Assembly: GCA_945865365.1 (NCBI GenBank)
Contig: CAMBDL010000006.1
Span: forward strand, 2,994 to 66,993
Source of the DNA: Streptomyces griseus
GTDB lineage: Bacteria > Actinomycetota > Actinomycetes > Nanopelagicales > Nanopelagicaceae
Reading direction: 5' to 3'
Length of the DNA: 64,000 nt
Part shown: positions 49,291 through 59,145 of the stretch, piece by piece
Numbering within the stretch: the first letter of the stretch is position 1
How the letters are laid out: each line of letters begins with the position of its first letter
The notes under the pieces: model-generated
Databases searched by the model: none
Told to the model about the DNA's origin: nothing
Seen by the model: the letters and a program-made list of their open reading frames with translations, nothing else
Translations under genes and position numbers: made by a program

Positions 49291-50940
49291 ATGAGTAAGC
49301 CAATTTTAGAGATCGCGGGATTCAACGTTGATTTCTGGGTCGATGGTGTGTGGTATCCAGCTGTTATCGATATGAATCTCTCCCTGGAGCCAGGCAAAGT
49401 AACTGCCATCGTTGGCGAATCAGGTTCGGGTAAATCAACTACCGCCCTTGGCTTAATGTCACTTCTTGCCTCAAATGCGCGCATGAGCGGAAGCGTAAAA
49501 GTTAAAGACCAAGAGATGCTTAACGCTAAAGCATTAACCCTTCGCCAGTTCCGCGGTAAAGAAGTTGCCTATATTTTCCAAGAGCCAATGACTGCACTAA
49601 ATCCGGTCTACACAATTGGTTTTCAGATCACAGAGACTCTGCGTAACCACTTTGATATGGGTCCTCATCAAGCACATGCCCGCGCCCTTGAATTAATTAC
49701 GTTAGTGGATATTCCAGATCCAGAGAAATCAATTAATAAGTACCCACATCAGCTATCAGGTGGACAGCGCCAACGCGCAATGATCGCTCAGGCTCTAGCG
49801 TGTGATCCGGGTCTTCTAGTTGCCGATGAGCCAACTACCGCACTTGATGTAACCGTTCAGGCTGAGATTTTAGATTTGATGCGTGATCTTAAAGGTAAGT
49901 TCAACTCGGCCATTCTTTTGATTACACACGACATGGGTGTTGTTGCAGATATGGCCGATGAGATATTGGTGATGAAAGATGGAATCACTGTTGAACACGG
50001 CAGCGCCGATCAGATCTTTAATCGCCCGCAACATCCTTATACGCAACAGTTGTTGGGAGCGGTTCCAAAGTTGGGTTCAAGTGTTAAGCGCACACTTCCT
50101 TACAAGGAGAGCGCTAAACCAGATCCTGTGTTAAAACTTACCGATGTCACCATTGAATATCCAAAGCGTGGGCGGATTCCAGCATTTACCGCAGTGAAGA
50201 ACTTCAATCTTGAAATCTATCCAGGTGAAATCGTTGGCCTAGTAGGAGAATCAGGCTCTGGAAAGACAACAGTGGGTCGAGCATCTATCGGTCTGCTGCC
50301 GATAAAGGCAGGATCAATTGAGATTGTTGGAAAAGATATTAGCCACGCTTCACAAAAAGATCTCTTTTCGATTCGCCGCCATACCGGAATCGTCTTTCAA
50401 GATCCAGCTAGCTCATTAAATCCACGTCTGCCAATCGGCGAATCGATTGGTGAGCCACTTTTCTTAGCGAAAATTGCTAAGGGTCCAGAGCTGGCACGCA
50501 TGATTGAAGATTTATTAGATCAAGTAGAGCTTCCACGAAGTTATCGCAACCGTTATCCGCATGAGCTTTCAGGTGGACAGCGCCAGCGTGTGGGTATTGC
50601 ACGCGCACTTGCCTTAACACCAGATTTATTGATTGCAGATGAGCCAACTTCGGCGCTGGATGTATCGGTTCAAGCTCGCTTCTTAGATCTTTTGCAAGAG
50701 CTGCAGGAGAAGCTCAAGTTTGCATGTTTATTTATCAGCCACGACTTAGCCGTTGTCGATATTTTGGCCCACCGCATTGCAGTAATGCAGGACGGTCTGC
50801 TGGTTGAAGCGGGAGATCGTGATTCGATTTTGCTGACTCCAAAGAGCGATTACACGCGTCGCCTGATCGCTGCCGTTCCAGTGCCAGATCCAGCCGAACA
50901 ACGTGTTCGTCGTGAGGCGCGACTAGCTGCTAAGAAGTAG
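49291..50940 (+). CDS. Fused OppD/OppF ABC ATPase
   Basis: Two NBDs, each with GESGSGK, YPH[QE]LSGGQRQR and ADEPT. Confidence 0.94.
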   Translation: MSKPILEIAGFNVDFWVDGVWYPAVIDMNLSLEPGKVTAIVGESGSGKSTTALGLMSLLASNARMSGSVKVKDQEMLNAKALTLRQFRGKEVAYIFQEPMTALNPVYTIGFQITETLRNHFDMGPHQAHARALELITLVDIPDPEKSINKYPHQLSGGQRQRAMIAQALACDPGLLVADEPTTALDVTVQAEILDLMRDLKGKFNSAILLITHDMGVVADMADEILVMKDGITVEHGSADQIFNRPQHPYTQQLLGAVPKLGSSVKRTLPYKESAKPDPVLKLTDVTIEYPKRGRIPAFTAVKNFNLEIYPGEIVGLVGESGSGKTTVGRASIGLLPIKAGSIEIVGKDISHASQKDLFSIRRHTGIVFQDPASSLNPRLPIGESIGEPLFLAKIAKGPELARMIEDLLDQVELPRSYRNRYPHELSGGQRQRVGIARALALTPDLLIADEPTSALDVSVQARFLDLLQELQEKLKFACLFISHDLAVVDILAHRIAVMQDGLLVEAGDRDSILLTPKSDYTRRLIAAVPVPDPAEQRVRREARLAAKK

Positions 50941-52176
50941 TTAGTCGCTAGCCTGTCCGCTTCGGTGGGCATAGCGGCCCAGGAAATCGGCCTTCATATC
51001 GCTGAAGTTTCCATCCAGTAACGCCTGTCGCATCTGATCGACTAAGCGAAGAATAAATCGCTCATTGTGAATCGTTGCAAGAGTCGCTGCGATCATCTCT
51101 TTACCTCGGAATACATGGTGCATATAGGCCCGTGTGTAGTGCGTACACGTGTAACAGTCACACTCATCATCTATAGCGGTGAAATCGCGCTTAAAACGGC
51201 TGTTAGACAGGTTAAAACGCCCCTCCATCGTGTAGACGGCGCTGGTGCGAGCGATTCTGGAGGCTAATACACAGTCAAATGTATCGATGCCGTTTTCAAC
51301 ACCGACAAATAGATCCTCTGGTGCGCCGATTCCCAATAAATGCTTAGGTTTATTTTCTGGTAAAACCTGATTGACCCACGAGACTATGGTTCCCAACTTT
51401 TCCTTATCTAAAGCGCCACCGATTCCAAAGCCATCAAAGCTCTGCCCTGATGATTCCAGAGCGCCTAAATCGCCTGCCGCTTTTTTGCGTAGCTCTTCAT
51501 ACTGAGCCCCTTGAATCACACCAAATAGAGCTTGATAGGGCTTGGTGGTTCGCTGATCTGTAAGGCGCTTATGTTCATCAAGGCAACGGCTAGCCCAGGC
51601 TAGGGTGCGCTCCATAGCTAACTTTTGATACGGGCGAGTGTTATGCAGCGTCGTGCACTCATCGAAGGCAAACATAATGTCGGCCCCAATCTGGTGCTGA
51701 ACCTGCATTGAAATCTCTGGCGTAAAGCGATGCATGGAGCCATCGAGGTGGGATTTAAAAGTTACGCCTTCATCATCAACATGTGCCAATCGCTCTTTGT
51801 TGCCGGCAATTACATCATCGGCGCGAAAAGTCTTTGCATCCATCGCTAAGACTTTTTTAAAACCAACGCCAAGAGATAAGACCTGAAAGCCACCCGAGTC
51901 GGTAAAAGTTGGGCCTGGCCAGTTCATGAATTCGCCAAGCCCACCAGCCTCATCCAAAATATCGGCGCCGGGCTGTAAGTACAGATGATAGGCATTGGCA
52001 AGTAAAGCTTGTGCGCCAAGATCTGCCATGGCTTCTGGCAACACCGATTTAACGGTGGCTTTGGTGCCTACTGGAATAAAAGCTGGGGTCTGAATCTGCC
52101 CATGTGGAGTCGTGATTGTTCCAACGCGCGCTAAAGAGTTTTCTTGGGCATATGTAATCTCAAAGTTAAAGCCCAT
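50941..52176 (-). CDS. tgt: tRNA-guanine transglycosylase
   Basis: FTDSGGFQ, FDEC, DTFDCV, CDCYTC..Y..AY.HH Zn site. Confidence 0.95.
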   Translation of the reverse strand: MGFNFEITYAQENSLARVGTITTPHGQIQTPAFIPVGTKATVKSVLPEAMADLGAQALLANAYHLYLQPGADILDEAGGLGEFMNWPGPTFTDSGGFQVLSLGVGFKKVLAMDAKTFRADDVIAGNKERLAHVDDEGVTFKSHLDGSMHRFTPEISMQVQHQIGADIMFAFDECTTLHNTRPYQKLAMERTLAWASRCLDEHKRLTDQRTTKPYQALFGVIQGAQYEELRKKAAGDLGALESSGQSFDGFGIGGALDKEKLGTIVSWVNQVLPENKPKHLLGIGAPEDLFVGVENGIDTFDCVLASRIARTSAVYTMEGRFNLSNSRFKRDFTAIDDECDCYTCTHYTRAYMHHVFRGKEMIAATLATIHNERFILRLVDQMRQALLDGNFSDMKADFLGRYAHRSGQASD

Positions 52177-52179
52177 GAA

Positions 52180-54129
52180 TTACCAAATCTGAACGCGCGC
52201 TGATTCATCTAGCCATAAGCCATCTTTTTCAGTGACGCCAAATGCCTCATAGAAAGGCGTGAAGTTACTAACGATGGTGTTGCAACGGAATTCACCAGGG
52301 GAGTGTGGGTCGGTTGCAATGCGACGGCGCATCTCTTCGGGGCGAACTTTTGTGCGCCACACTTGCGCCCAGCCAAAGAATAGACGCTGCTCTCCGCTTA
52401 AGTTATCGATTACAGGAGATGGCTTACCTTCTAATGAGATTTGGTATGCCTTGTAGGCAATGGCTAATCCACCTAGGTCACCGATATTTTCACCAACGGT
52501 CAAAGCACCGTTAACGGTGATATCGGGAGTTTCTTCTGGGACCAGTACGTTGTACTGGTCAATCAAAGCATTGGATCGAATTTCAAAAGCGGCACGATCT
52601 TCATCGCTCCACCAGTTATTCAGTGCGCCATCTCCGTCGAACTTTGAGCCTTGATCATCAAAGCCATGGCCAATTTCATGCCCAATAACTGCGCCAATAC
52701 CACCGTAGTTAACGGCATCATCGGCGGTGAGTGAGAAAAATGGCGACTGCAAAATAGCTGCCGGAAAAACGATCTCATTCATGACCGGGTTGTAATAGGC
52801 GTTGACGGTTTGTGGCGTCATGTGCCATTCATCGCGATCAACAGGCTTACCAATCTTTGCTAATTCATGATCGCGTTGGAACTTTGTCACCTGACCGACA
52901 TTGCTAAAGAGATTATGTGGGTCGGTCTGTAGCGCTGAATAATCACGCCACTTATCTGGGTAGCCAATTTTGGGGCGGAACTTGCCGAGCTTATCCAGGG
53001 CTTTAGCTTTAGTTGTCGCACTCATCCAATCAATCTCATTGATACTGACTCGATAGGCCTCAATCAGGTTGGTAACTAACTTCTCCATCGCCACCTTGGC
53101 TGCGGCTGGAAAGTGCTGCTCAACGTAGACCTTACCTACTGCCTCACCAAGTGAGCCTTCAACAAGGGAGACAGCCCGCTTCCAGCGCTCGCGAAGTTCG
53201 GGAGTTCCAGATAACGTCTTGCCATAGAAGGAGAAGTTTTGATTAACTAAATCAGTCGACAAATATGCAGCAGATCCACTGACGATATTCCATTTGAGCC
53301 AGGCGACCCAAGAGTCACGATCAAAAGCGGCGAGAATCTCTGACAAGCCTGCAAAATATGGAGGTTGCTGAACGATGACTGAATCCAGAACAACCGATGG
53401 AATCTCTCCAGCCTTTAAGTAGAGATCAAAGTCAAAGGCGGGCATTAAAGCGATTACTTCGGCGCGACTTAACTTGTTATAAGTCAAAATTGCATCGCGA
53501 TCTTTAACGGCATCAAAGTGATGACTTGCCAATGCAGTTTCAAGAGCGAGAATTTTGGCAGCTAAGTCAGCGCCGTTGGATATTCCTACAAGAGTAAACA
53601 TAGCTTCAACGTGAGCTAGAAAAGCGCTACGAATATCGGCGTACTTTTCTTCACGGTAATACGACTCATTGGGTAGTGAAATTCCACCTTGAGCTAGATA
53701 CAAGATATTGGAAGTAACATCTTTTTGGTCGGCATAGATAAATGAGCCAAAGATTGCGCCAAGGCCGCGGGCTTCAAGGGCCGACATGGTGGAGATGAAA
53801 TCAGTCAGATTAGTTATCGCATCGCAGGCATCTAAGTCGGCCTGAATCGGGGAAAAGCCCTTGGCCTCGATTGCAGCGGCATCCATAAATGATGAGTACA
53901 CATCGCTAATCTTCTGCGCCTCAGCGCTACTGTTCGCACTCTCAATAATGGCACGGACCTGTTTTTCAGATAAGTCGCGCAGTTTGATGAAGGCTCCATC
54001 TGTCGCCCTATCGGCTGGGATCTCTACGCTCTTTAGCCAAGCTCCATTGAAGTGGCGGTAGAGGTCGTCCTGTAAGCGAACCGATGAATCGATGTGCTCA
54101 AAATCTAAACCACTTGTACTTATGCTCAC
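52180..54129 (-). CDS. pepO: M13 family metalloendopeptidase (PepO/Zmp1-like)
   Basis: VNAYY, GHEIGHGFD, ENIGDLGG, DPHSP..FR. Confidence 0.92.
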   Translation of the reverse strand: MSISTSGLDFEHIDSSVRLQDDLYRHFNGAWLKSVEIPADRATDGAFIKLRDLSEKQVRAIIESANSSAEAQKISDVYSSFMDAAAIEAKGFSPIQADLDACDAITNLTDFISTMSALEARGLGAIFGSFIYADQKDVTSNILYLAQGGISLPNESYYREEKYADIRSAFLAHVEAMFTLVGISNGADLAAKILALETALASHHFDAVKDRDAILTYNKLSRAEVIALMPAFDFDLYLKAGEIPSVVLDSVIVQQPPYFAGLSEILAAFDRDSWVAWLKWNIVSGSAAYLSTDLVNQNFSFYGKTLSGTPELRERWKRAVSLVEGSLGEAVGKVYVEQHFPAAAKVAMEKLVTNLIEAYRVSINEIDWMSATTKAKALDKLGKFRPKIGYPDKWRDYSALQTDPHNLFSNVGQVTKFQRDHELAKIGKPVDRDEWHMTPQTVNAYYNPVMNEIVFPAAILQSPFFSLTADDAVNYGGIGAVIGHEIGHGFDDQGSKFDGDGALNNWWSDEDRAAFEIRSNALIDQYNVLVPEETPDITVNGALTVGENIGDLGGLAIAYKAYQISLEGKPSPVIDNLSGEQRLFFGWAQVWRTKVRPEEMRRRIATDPHSPGEFRCNTIVSNFTPFYEAFGVTEKDGLWLDESARVQIW

Positions 54130-54187
54130 GCGCGAAACCCCTTTTGAAAAATAGTTGAAAGTTCAACCGTTAGCGTAGACTGTCCCT

Positions 54188-54673
54188 ATGCCAGATGAAA
54201 ACGCTACCGCACCCCGCTGGCTTAACTCCACTGAAATGGCGGCCTGGCGCAGTTACATCATCGCTAGTAGGCGCATGTTAGAGGCCCTGGACTCTGATTT
54301 AGATGGACATGATTTAAGTATGGCCGACTATGAGATTTTGGCCCAACTCAGTGATGCACCTGATCGAAAGATGCGGATGAGTGAACTAGCAGAGATTGCG
54401 CTTCTATCGCGCTCGCGTTTATCACATCGAATGAAGGTCATGGAAAAAGCTGGTTGGGTAAAACGTCAAGCCTGCCCTTCAGATAAACGGGGCTATTTTG
54501 CAGTGATGACGGCCAAGGGCTGGAAGGCGATTGTTGCCGCTGCACCTGATCATGTAGCAAGTGTGCGTATTCGATTTGTTGATCATATAAATAAGGCCGA
54601 CCAAGAAGTTCTTGCACAGATTTTTTCGCGCATTGAAAGCTCATTGCGCACAGAGGTATTAGACGAGAAGTGA
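54188..54673 (+). CDS. MarR family regulator
   Basis: RMSELA...SRSRLSH...GWVKR..CPSDKRG. Confidence 0.92.
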   Translation: MPDENATAPRWLNSTEMAAWRSYIIASRRMLEALDSDLDGHDLSMADYEILAQLSDAPDRKMRMSELAEIALLSRSRLSHRMKVMEKAGWVKRQACPSDKRGYFAVMTAKGWKAIVAAAPDHVASVRIRFVDHINKADQEVLAQIFSRIESSLRTEVLDEK

Positions 54674-54686
54674 AAAAAAATCGCAT

Positions 54687-54721
54687 AAAAAAACCCGCCA
54701 CATAGAGTGGCGGGTTTTTTT
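54687..54721. terminator. Bidirectional intrinsic terminator
   Basis: AAAAAAACCCGCCAC-ATAGA-GTGGCGGGTTTTTTT. Confidence 0.93.
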
Positions 54722-54730
54722 AATAGCTAA

Positions 54731-55012
54731 TTACTTAGCTGCTGCCTTCTTGCGACGGCGCTTCTTTGGAGCAGCTGCTGGAGCTGCTGCCTTCTTAGCT
54801 GCCTTCTTACGCTTCTTTGGAGCAGCTTTCTTTGCAGCAGGCTTAGCTGCTGCCTTCTTGCGCTTCTTTGGAGCAGCTTTCTTAGCTGCTGCCTTCTTGC
54901 GCTTCTTTGGAGCTGCTGCTTTAACAGCTGCCTTCTTGCGGCGCTTTGGTGCTACTGCCTTAGCAGCTGCCTTCTTGCGCTTCTTTGGTGCTGCTTTCTT
55001 TGCTGCGGCCAC
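54731..55012 (-). CDS. Stand-alone histone H1-like Lys/Ala/Arg-rich protein
   Basis: 93 aa made only of M/A/K/R/P/V; AGGAG SD; downstream terminator. Confidence 0.85.
   Translation of the reverse strand: MAAAKKAAPKKRKKAAAKAVAPKRRKKAAVKAAAPKKRKKAAAKKAAPKKRKKAAAKPAAKKAAPKKRKKAAKKAAAPAAAPKKRRRKKAAAK
54737..55005 (-). repeat. Imperfect tandem coding repeats (six P-K-[KR]-R..KKAA units)
   Basis: Recurrent GCTGCCTTCTTGCGCTTCTTTGG-like units on the + strand. Confidence 0.85.
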
Positions 55013-55189
55013 GTACTTCTCCTATCGGAATGGTTCGGATCCGTCACCCAAACCTTTTCGTGGATAAGCGTGACATCATTTAAGGGAAAATGCCACATTG
55101 AGAGGCAAAATATTTAGTGCGTGTCGCAAATTCTTTTTCTATTTTTTTATGCATCTTCGGGGAATTTCAAAGAATTCAACTTATTGATT

Positions 55190-56449
55190 TTAAGAGTTTT
55201 CATTTTCGCGAAGTTTGGCAAGGGCATATTCATTGGTTTTTACGTCAAATCGGCGCAATTGCGGCATAAAACCGGCCAGTAGACCAACAACAATCACGCA
55301 GATAACTCCGCCTGAAGTTACCGAAAAAGACAGGCTAGTAACTGCGGCCATGGAAGCTGCGCGCATCTGTCCGGCAAGCGGTCCAATCGAGTATGACAAT
55401 AATTCGATTCCTGCCAATCGTCCACGAAAATTATCGGGAATTGTCTGATTCCACATCGATGATCTAAAGAGTGCACTGACCATGTCCGATGCCCCTGCAA
55501 GAGTCAAAAACAGTAGGACCAGAATCAGAGAGTTCCATATACCGGCTAAAGCAATTGCCGTGCCCCATCCCATAGCTGCCCAAATAATGGCTCGGCCATG
55601 GAATCGATAATTTTTTGTCCAGCCCGATGTCAATGTGATTGCAACCGAGCCAACCGTGCCAGCGGCATACATCAAACCGAGAGCCCATGGAGTTCCTAAT
55701 TCATCGGCCCAAAATGGAATCAATGCAGTTGGCATTGCAAAAAACATTGCCGCCAGATCTACCAAATAAGTTCCTAATAAATCTTGACGGCTACATGCAT
55801 ATCTCACACCATCAATTAAGCCTGCCAGAGATGGCTTTATAGCCTCTTTAGATGCAGGTATAGATCTCACTCGACTAAGGAATATAAGGGAGATAACGAA
55901 CGTGAAAACATCTGCGGCATAACCAACTGGAATTGAGTAGGTTGAAATTATTATTCCGCCAATTGTGGGTCCAACGATTACACCTAACTGCCAACGCAAA
56001 CTCATGAGGGCACTAGCGGCAGGCAGATCAGCGTGCTCGACTAACCGTGGCAAGGCGGCATCGGCACTTGGTCGTTGCAGACCATTGACGGCGGCAAATA
56101 ATCCCGCGACCACATAAATCAGAATCAAGTGGGGCTCGGGCAGTAGGGCGTTAATTAAAAGAATCGAGGTAAGAATCAGCGATGCCGCCTCGGTAGCCCA
56201 GACCATCTTTTTTCGATCCACCGCATCGGCCAAAACTCCACCGTAGAGACCAAAAATAATGAGTGGCAGGATTTCCACGAGGCCGCTCAGACCCACGGCT
56301 ATATAAGAGTGAGTCATCTCTTTAATCTGAAAAGGCACTGCCACGTAGGTGATCATTGAACCCAAGTAAGTGACTAGCCCCGAAGCCCACAAATTGCGAA
56401 AATCCTTATATTTTTTCAGCGGCGATATATCTATCGCATATCTAGACAC
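55190..56449 (-). CDS. MFS transporter (EntS-like)
   Basis: GGVLADAVDRKK motif A, RGRLAGIE. Confidence 0.9.
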   Translation of the reverse strand: MSRYAIDISPLKKYKDFRNLWASGLVTYLGSMITYVAVPFQIKEMTHSYIAVGLSGLVEILPLIIFGLYGGVLADAVDRKKMVWATEAASLILTSILLINALLPEPHLILIYVVAGLFAAVNGLQRPSADAALPRLVEHADLPAASALMSLRWQLGVIVGPTIGGIIISTYSIPVGYAADVFTFVISLIFLSRVRSIPASKEAIKPSLAGLIDGVRYACSRQDLLGTYLVDLAAMFFAMPTALIPFWADELGTPWALGLMYAAGTVGSVAITLTSGWTKNYRFHGRAIIWAAMGWGTAIALAGIWNSLILVLLFLTLAGASDMVSALFRSSMWNQTIPDNFRGRLAGIELLSYSIGPLAGQMRAASMAAVTSLSFSVTSGGVICVIVVGLLAGFMPQLRRFDVKTNEYALAKLRENENS

Positions 56450-56458
56450 CGAGTAAGG

Positions 56459-57271
56459 TTAGTTGAAACTCTGCCCTGGACCTGGGAAATTGCCAGTTCT
56501 TACATCGGCGGCAAATTCGCTGGCGGCTCCGGCCATTTCGGCGCGAAGGTTGCGATATGCCTTGGCTAACGTGGGTGGATTTTCAGTGATGCCCATGAGA
56601 TCTGTCCAGACCAATACTTGGGCATCACAATCAATACCGGCACCGATACCAATTGTTGGAATCTTCAGAGCATTGGTGATTGCCTTGGCTAGCTCTGCTG
56701 GAACAAGCTCTAGAACTATGGCAAAGGCGCCGGCTTTTTCAATAGCTAACGCTGCATTGAGAATCACATCGCCATCTGTGCGACCTTGTACTCGGTAACC
56801 ACCTAGTTGATGAAGTGCCTGCGGAGTAAGGCCCACGTGGCCCATCACGGGAATTCCAGATGCGGTTAATTTTTCGATTGTTGAAATATGCGCGCCTTCG
56901 ATTTTGACGCCCATTGCGCCGGCCTCTTTAAAAAAACGCGTTGATGTTGCAAGGGCTAGTTCAGGTGAGCTCTCATAGGAGCCAAAGGGAAGATCTGCAA
57001 TCACTAGTGCCCGCGCTGAAGCGCTTACTACTGCACGGGTCATTGGGATTAACTCATCGACCGTAACTGGAATGGTGTTTTCATGGCCTAAGAAATTGTT
57101 CCCGGCGCTATCGCCTACCAGAAGCACGGGGATGCCGGCCTGGTCAAAAATCTGCGCAGTCATCTGTTCATACGATGTGAGCATCGCCCATTTTTCACGG
57201 CGTTTTTTAGCCCCTGCTAAATCCAAAATCGTGACGCGTCGGTGCACTGCTCCGCCATATAAGGCTTCCAT
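56459..57271 (-). CDS. panB: 3-methyl-2-oxobutanoate hydroxymethyltransferase
   Basis: LLVGDSAG, ADLPFGSY, VKIEG, GHVGLTPQ; start ATG 57271 behind GAGGAG. Confidence 0.96.
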   Translation of the reverse strand: MEALYGGAVHRRVTILDLAGAKKRREKWAMLTSYEQMTAQIFDQAGIPVLLVGDSAGNNFLGHENTIPVTVDELIPMTRAVVSASARALVIADLPFGSYESSPELALATSTRFFKEAGAMGVKIEGAHISTIEKLTASGIPVMGHVGLTPQALHQLGGYRVQGRTDGDVILNAALAIEKAGAFAIVLELVPAELAKAITNALKIPTIGIGAGIDCDAQVLVWTDLMGITENPPTLAKAYRNLRAEMAGAASEFAADVRTGNFPGPGQSFN

Positions 57272-57350
57272 GTCGTGTCCTCTCCTCGACGCTCGCATAT
57301 GTGCAAGTCCCCGGGTACAGGCACAAGGGTACCCCTGTTAGGCTTGAAAA

Positions 57351-59012
57351 ATGAAGCTGCGGGTAGCGCTAGCCCAGATCAACCCCACTGTGGGAGATCT
57401 TGCGGGCAATAGGGCATTAATCGCAGATTCGATCCACACAGCAGAAACAGCGGGCGCGCATGTGATTGTGTTCCCAGAGATGATCGTGACTGGTTATCCC
57501 GTTGAAGACTTAGCACTGCGACCATCATTTCAAGCCGCCAGCAAAGCCTCACTTGCAACCATCGCAGCTAGCGTTTCTGGTGATCTAGTAGCTGTTATTG
57601 GTTATCTCGACACCTCTGCCGATGGTGGCCCGCACAATGCTGTGGCGATTATTTCTGGTGGAAAAGTTGTAGCTACATATGTCAAGCGACATCTGCCGAA
57701 CTATGGTGTCTTTGATGAGTTTCGAAACTTTACTGCCGGCACCGAAAGTTTGGTAGTGCGTATACATGGCGTTGATGTAGCAGTTGCGATTTGTGAAGAT
57801 ATTTGGCACTCATTAGCCGAGATTACAGAACGCACGCCTGGCTTAGTTGTAGTCCCTAATGGTTCGCCTTTTGAGCGCAATAAGGATGATGTGCGCTTGG
57901 CGCTTGTACAAAAGCGCGCTCGCGAAGTCAGCGCGCCCATGGCCTATGTCAACATGACAGGTGGCGCAGATGATCTGGTTTTTGATGGCGACACAATTGT
58001 TGTTGATGGAGATGGTGAATTATTAGCCAGAGCGCCACAATTTAGTGATGATGTAATAGTTGTAGATATTGAGTGTAAGCAGGCGAGTTCAATTCCCGAC
58101 GTTGTGATTTCCAATGATCCAGCTGTAATTTCATTTGAGATTACGCCCGCAATCGCTAATCGCTTAAGCGATGAAGCTGAAATTTGGCAAGCCCTTGTAG
58201 TAGGCCTTCGCGACTATATTCATAAAAATGGATTTACCTCTGTCGTGCTGGGCTTATCGGGAGGAATCGATTCAGCGCTTGTAGCCGCGATTGCTATCGA
58301 TGCCCTAGGTGCAGAGAATGTAGTGGGCGTTGCAATGCCAAGTAAGTATTCATCCGATCACTCTCTTGCCGATGCACAAGCCTTGGCCGATGCAACTGGC
58401 ATTGGATTTCGCATCGTTCCCATAGCCCCCATGGTCAGCGCTTTCATGGGGAGTATTGATGTAAGGGGAGTTGCTGAAGAAAATCTACAAGCCCGGGTGC
58501 GCGGCACCACGTTAATGGGGATTTCAAATCAAGAGGGACACATTGTTTTATCCACAGGAAATAAGAGCGAACTAGCAGTCGGTTACTCAACTTTATATGG
58601 CGATGCCGTTGGTGGCTTTGCACCGATTAAGGATATTTATAAGACCGATGTCTGGGCCCTTGCTAAGTGGAGAAATGCTCAGGCCGCTTCGCGAGGAGAA
58701 GTAGCACCGATTCCAGAGAGTTCAATTAGCAAAGAGCCCAGCGCAGAACTTCGTCCAGATCAAAAGGACTCAGACTCTCTTCCTGATTACATTCTTCTAG
58801 ATCAGATTCTGAGCCTTTATGTCGATGAAGATCATGGCTTTGAGGCGTTAATAGAGGATGGTTTTGACTCTGCACTCATAAAACGTGTGATCTCGCTGGT
58901 AGATAAAGCTGAATACAAACGTCGTCAATATCCACCGGGCACAAAGGTATCAAGGCGCGCATTTGGAAAAGATCGCCGCCTGCCCATGACGTCACGGTGG
59001 GCGCAGTCTTAA
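57351..59012 (+). CDS. nadE: Glutamine-dependent NAD+ synthetase
   Basis: Nitrilase domain (FPEM..TGYP, ICEDIW) plus GLSGGIDS, TGNKSE and PSAEL. Confidence 0.96.
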   Translation: MKLRVALAQINPTVGDLAGNRALIADSIHTAETAGAHVIVFPEMIVTGYPVEDLALRPSFQAASKASLATIAASVSGDLVAVIGYLDTSADGGPHNAVAIISGGKVVATYVKRHLPNYGVFDEFRNFTAGTESLVVRIHGVDVAVAICEDIWHSLAEITERTPGLVVVPNGSPFERNKDDVRLALVQKRAREVSAPMAYVNMTGGADDLVFDGDTIVVDGDGELLARAPQFSDDVIVVDIECKQASSIPDVVISNDPAVISFEITPAIANRLSDEAEIWQALVVGLRDYIHKNGFTSVVLGLSGGIDSALVAAIAIDALGAENVVGVAMPSKYSSDHSLADAQALADATGIGFRIVPIAPMVSAFMGSIDVRGVAEENLQARVRGTTLMGISNQEGHIVLSTGNKSELAVGYSTLYGDAVGGFAPIKDIYKTDVWALAKWRNAQAASRGEVAPIPESSISKEPSAELRPDQKDSDSLPDYILLDQILSLYVDEDHGFEALIEDGFDSALIKRVISLVDKAEYKRRQYPPGTKVSRRAFGKDRRLPMTSRWAQS

Positions 59013-59067
59013 TTCTGCAAATGATTTGCAACTCGCGTAATTCGCAGCAATAAGTAAACTTGCCCTT

Positions 59068-59145
59068 GTGCAATCGATTATCACGTGGTTTTTTACACGC
59101 AACCGGATAGTTGATTTCTGCTTATCTACATCCTGCAGCTGCTGA
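59068..59145 (+). CDS. Putative leaderless Cys-rich leader peptide MQSIITWFFTRNRIVDFCLSTSCSC
   Basis: -10 TAAACT 59055-59060, 7 nt, then GTG; three TGC codons in the last eight; lies directly upstream of cysK. Confidence 0.72.
   Translation: MQSIITWFFTRNRIVDFCLSTSCSC

Noticed and set aside
48593-49294. 233-aa plus-strand ORF that seems to bridge oppC and oppDF
   Set aside because: No recognisable motifs or SD; the overlapping minus-strand ORF has TM helices and a bPH-like pattern
54731-55012. PKKRKK resembles the SV40 nuclear localisation signal
   Set aside because: Expected by chance in a Lys/Arg-rich repeat; no secretion signal or host context
54750-55067. 105-aa Phe/Ala-rich plus-strand ORF
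   Set aside because: Antisense shadow of the H1-like repeats; the minus-strand gene has the SD and matches a known compositional class
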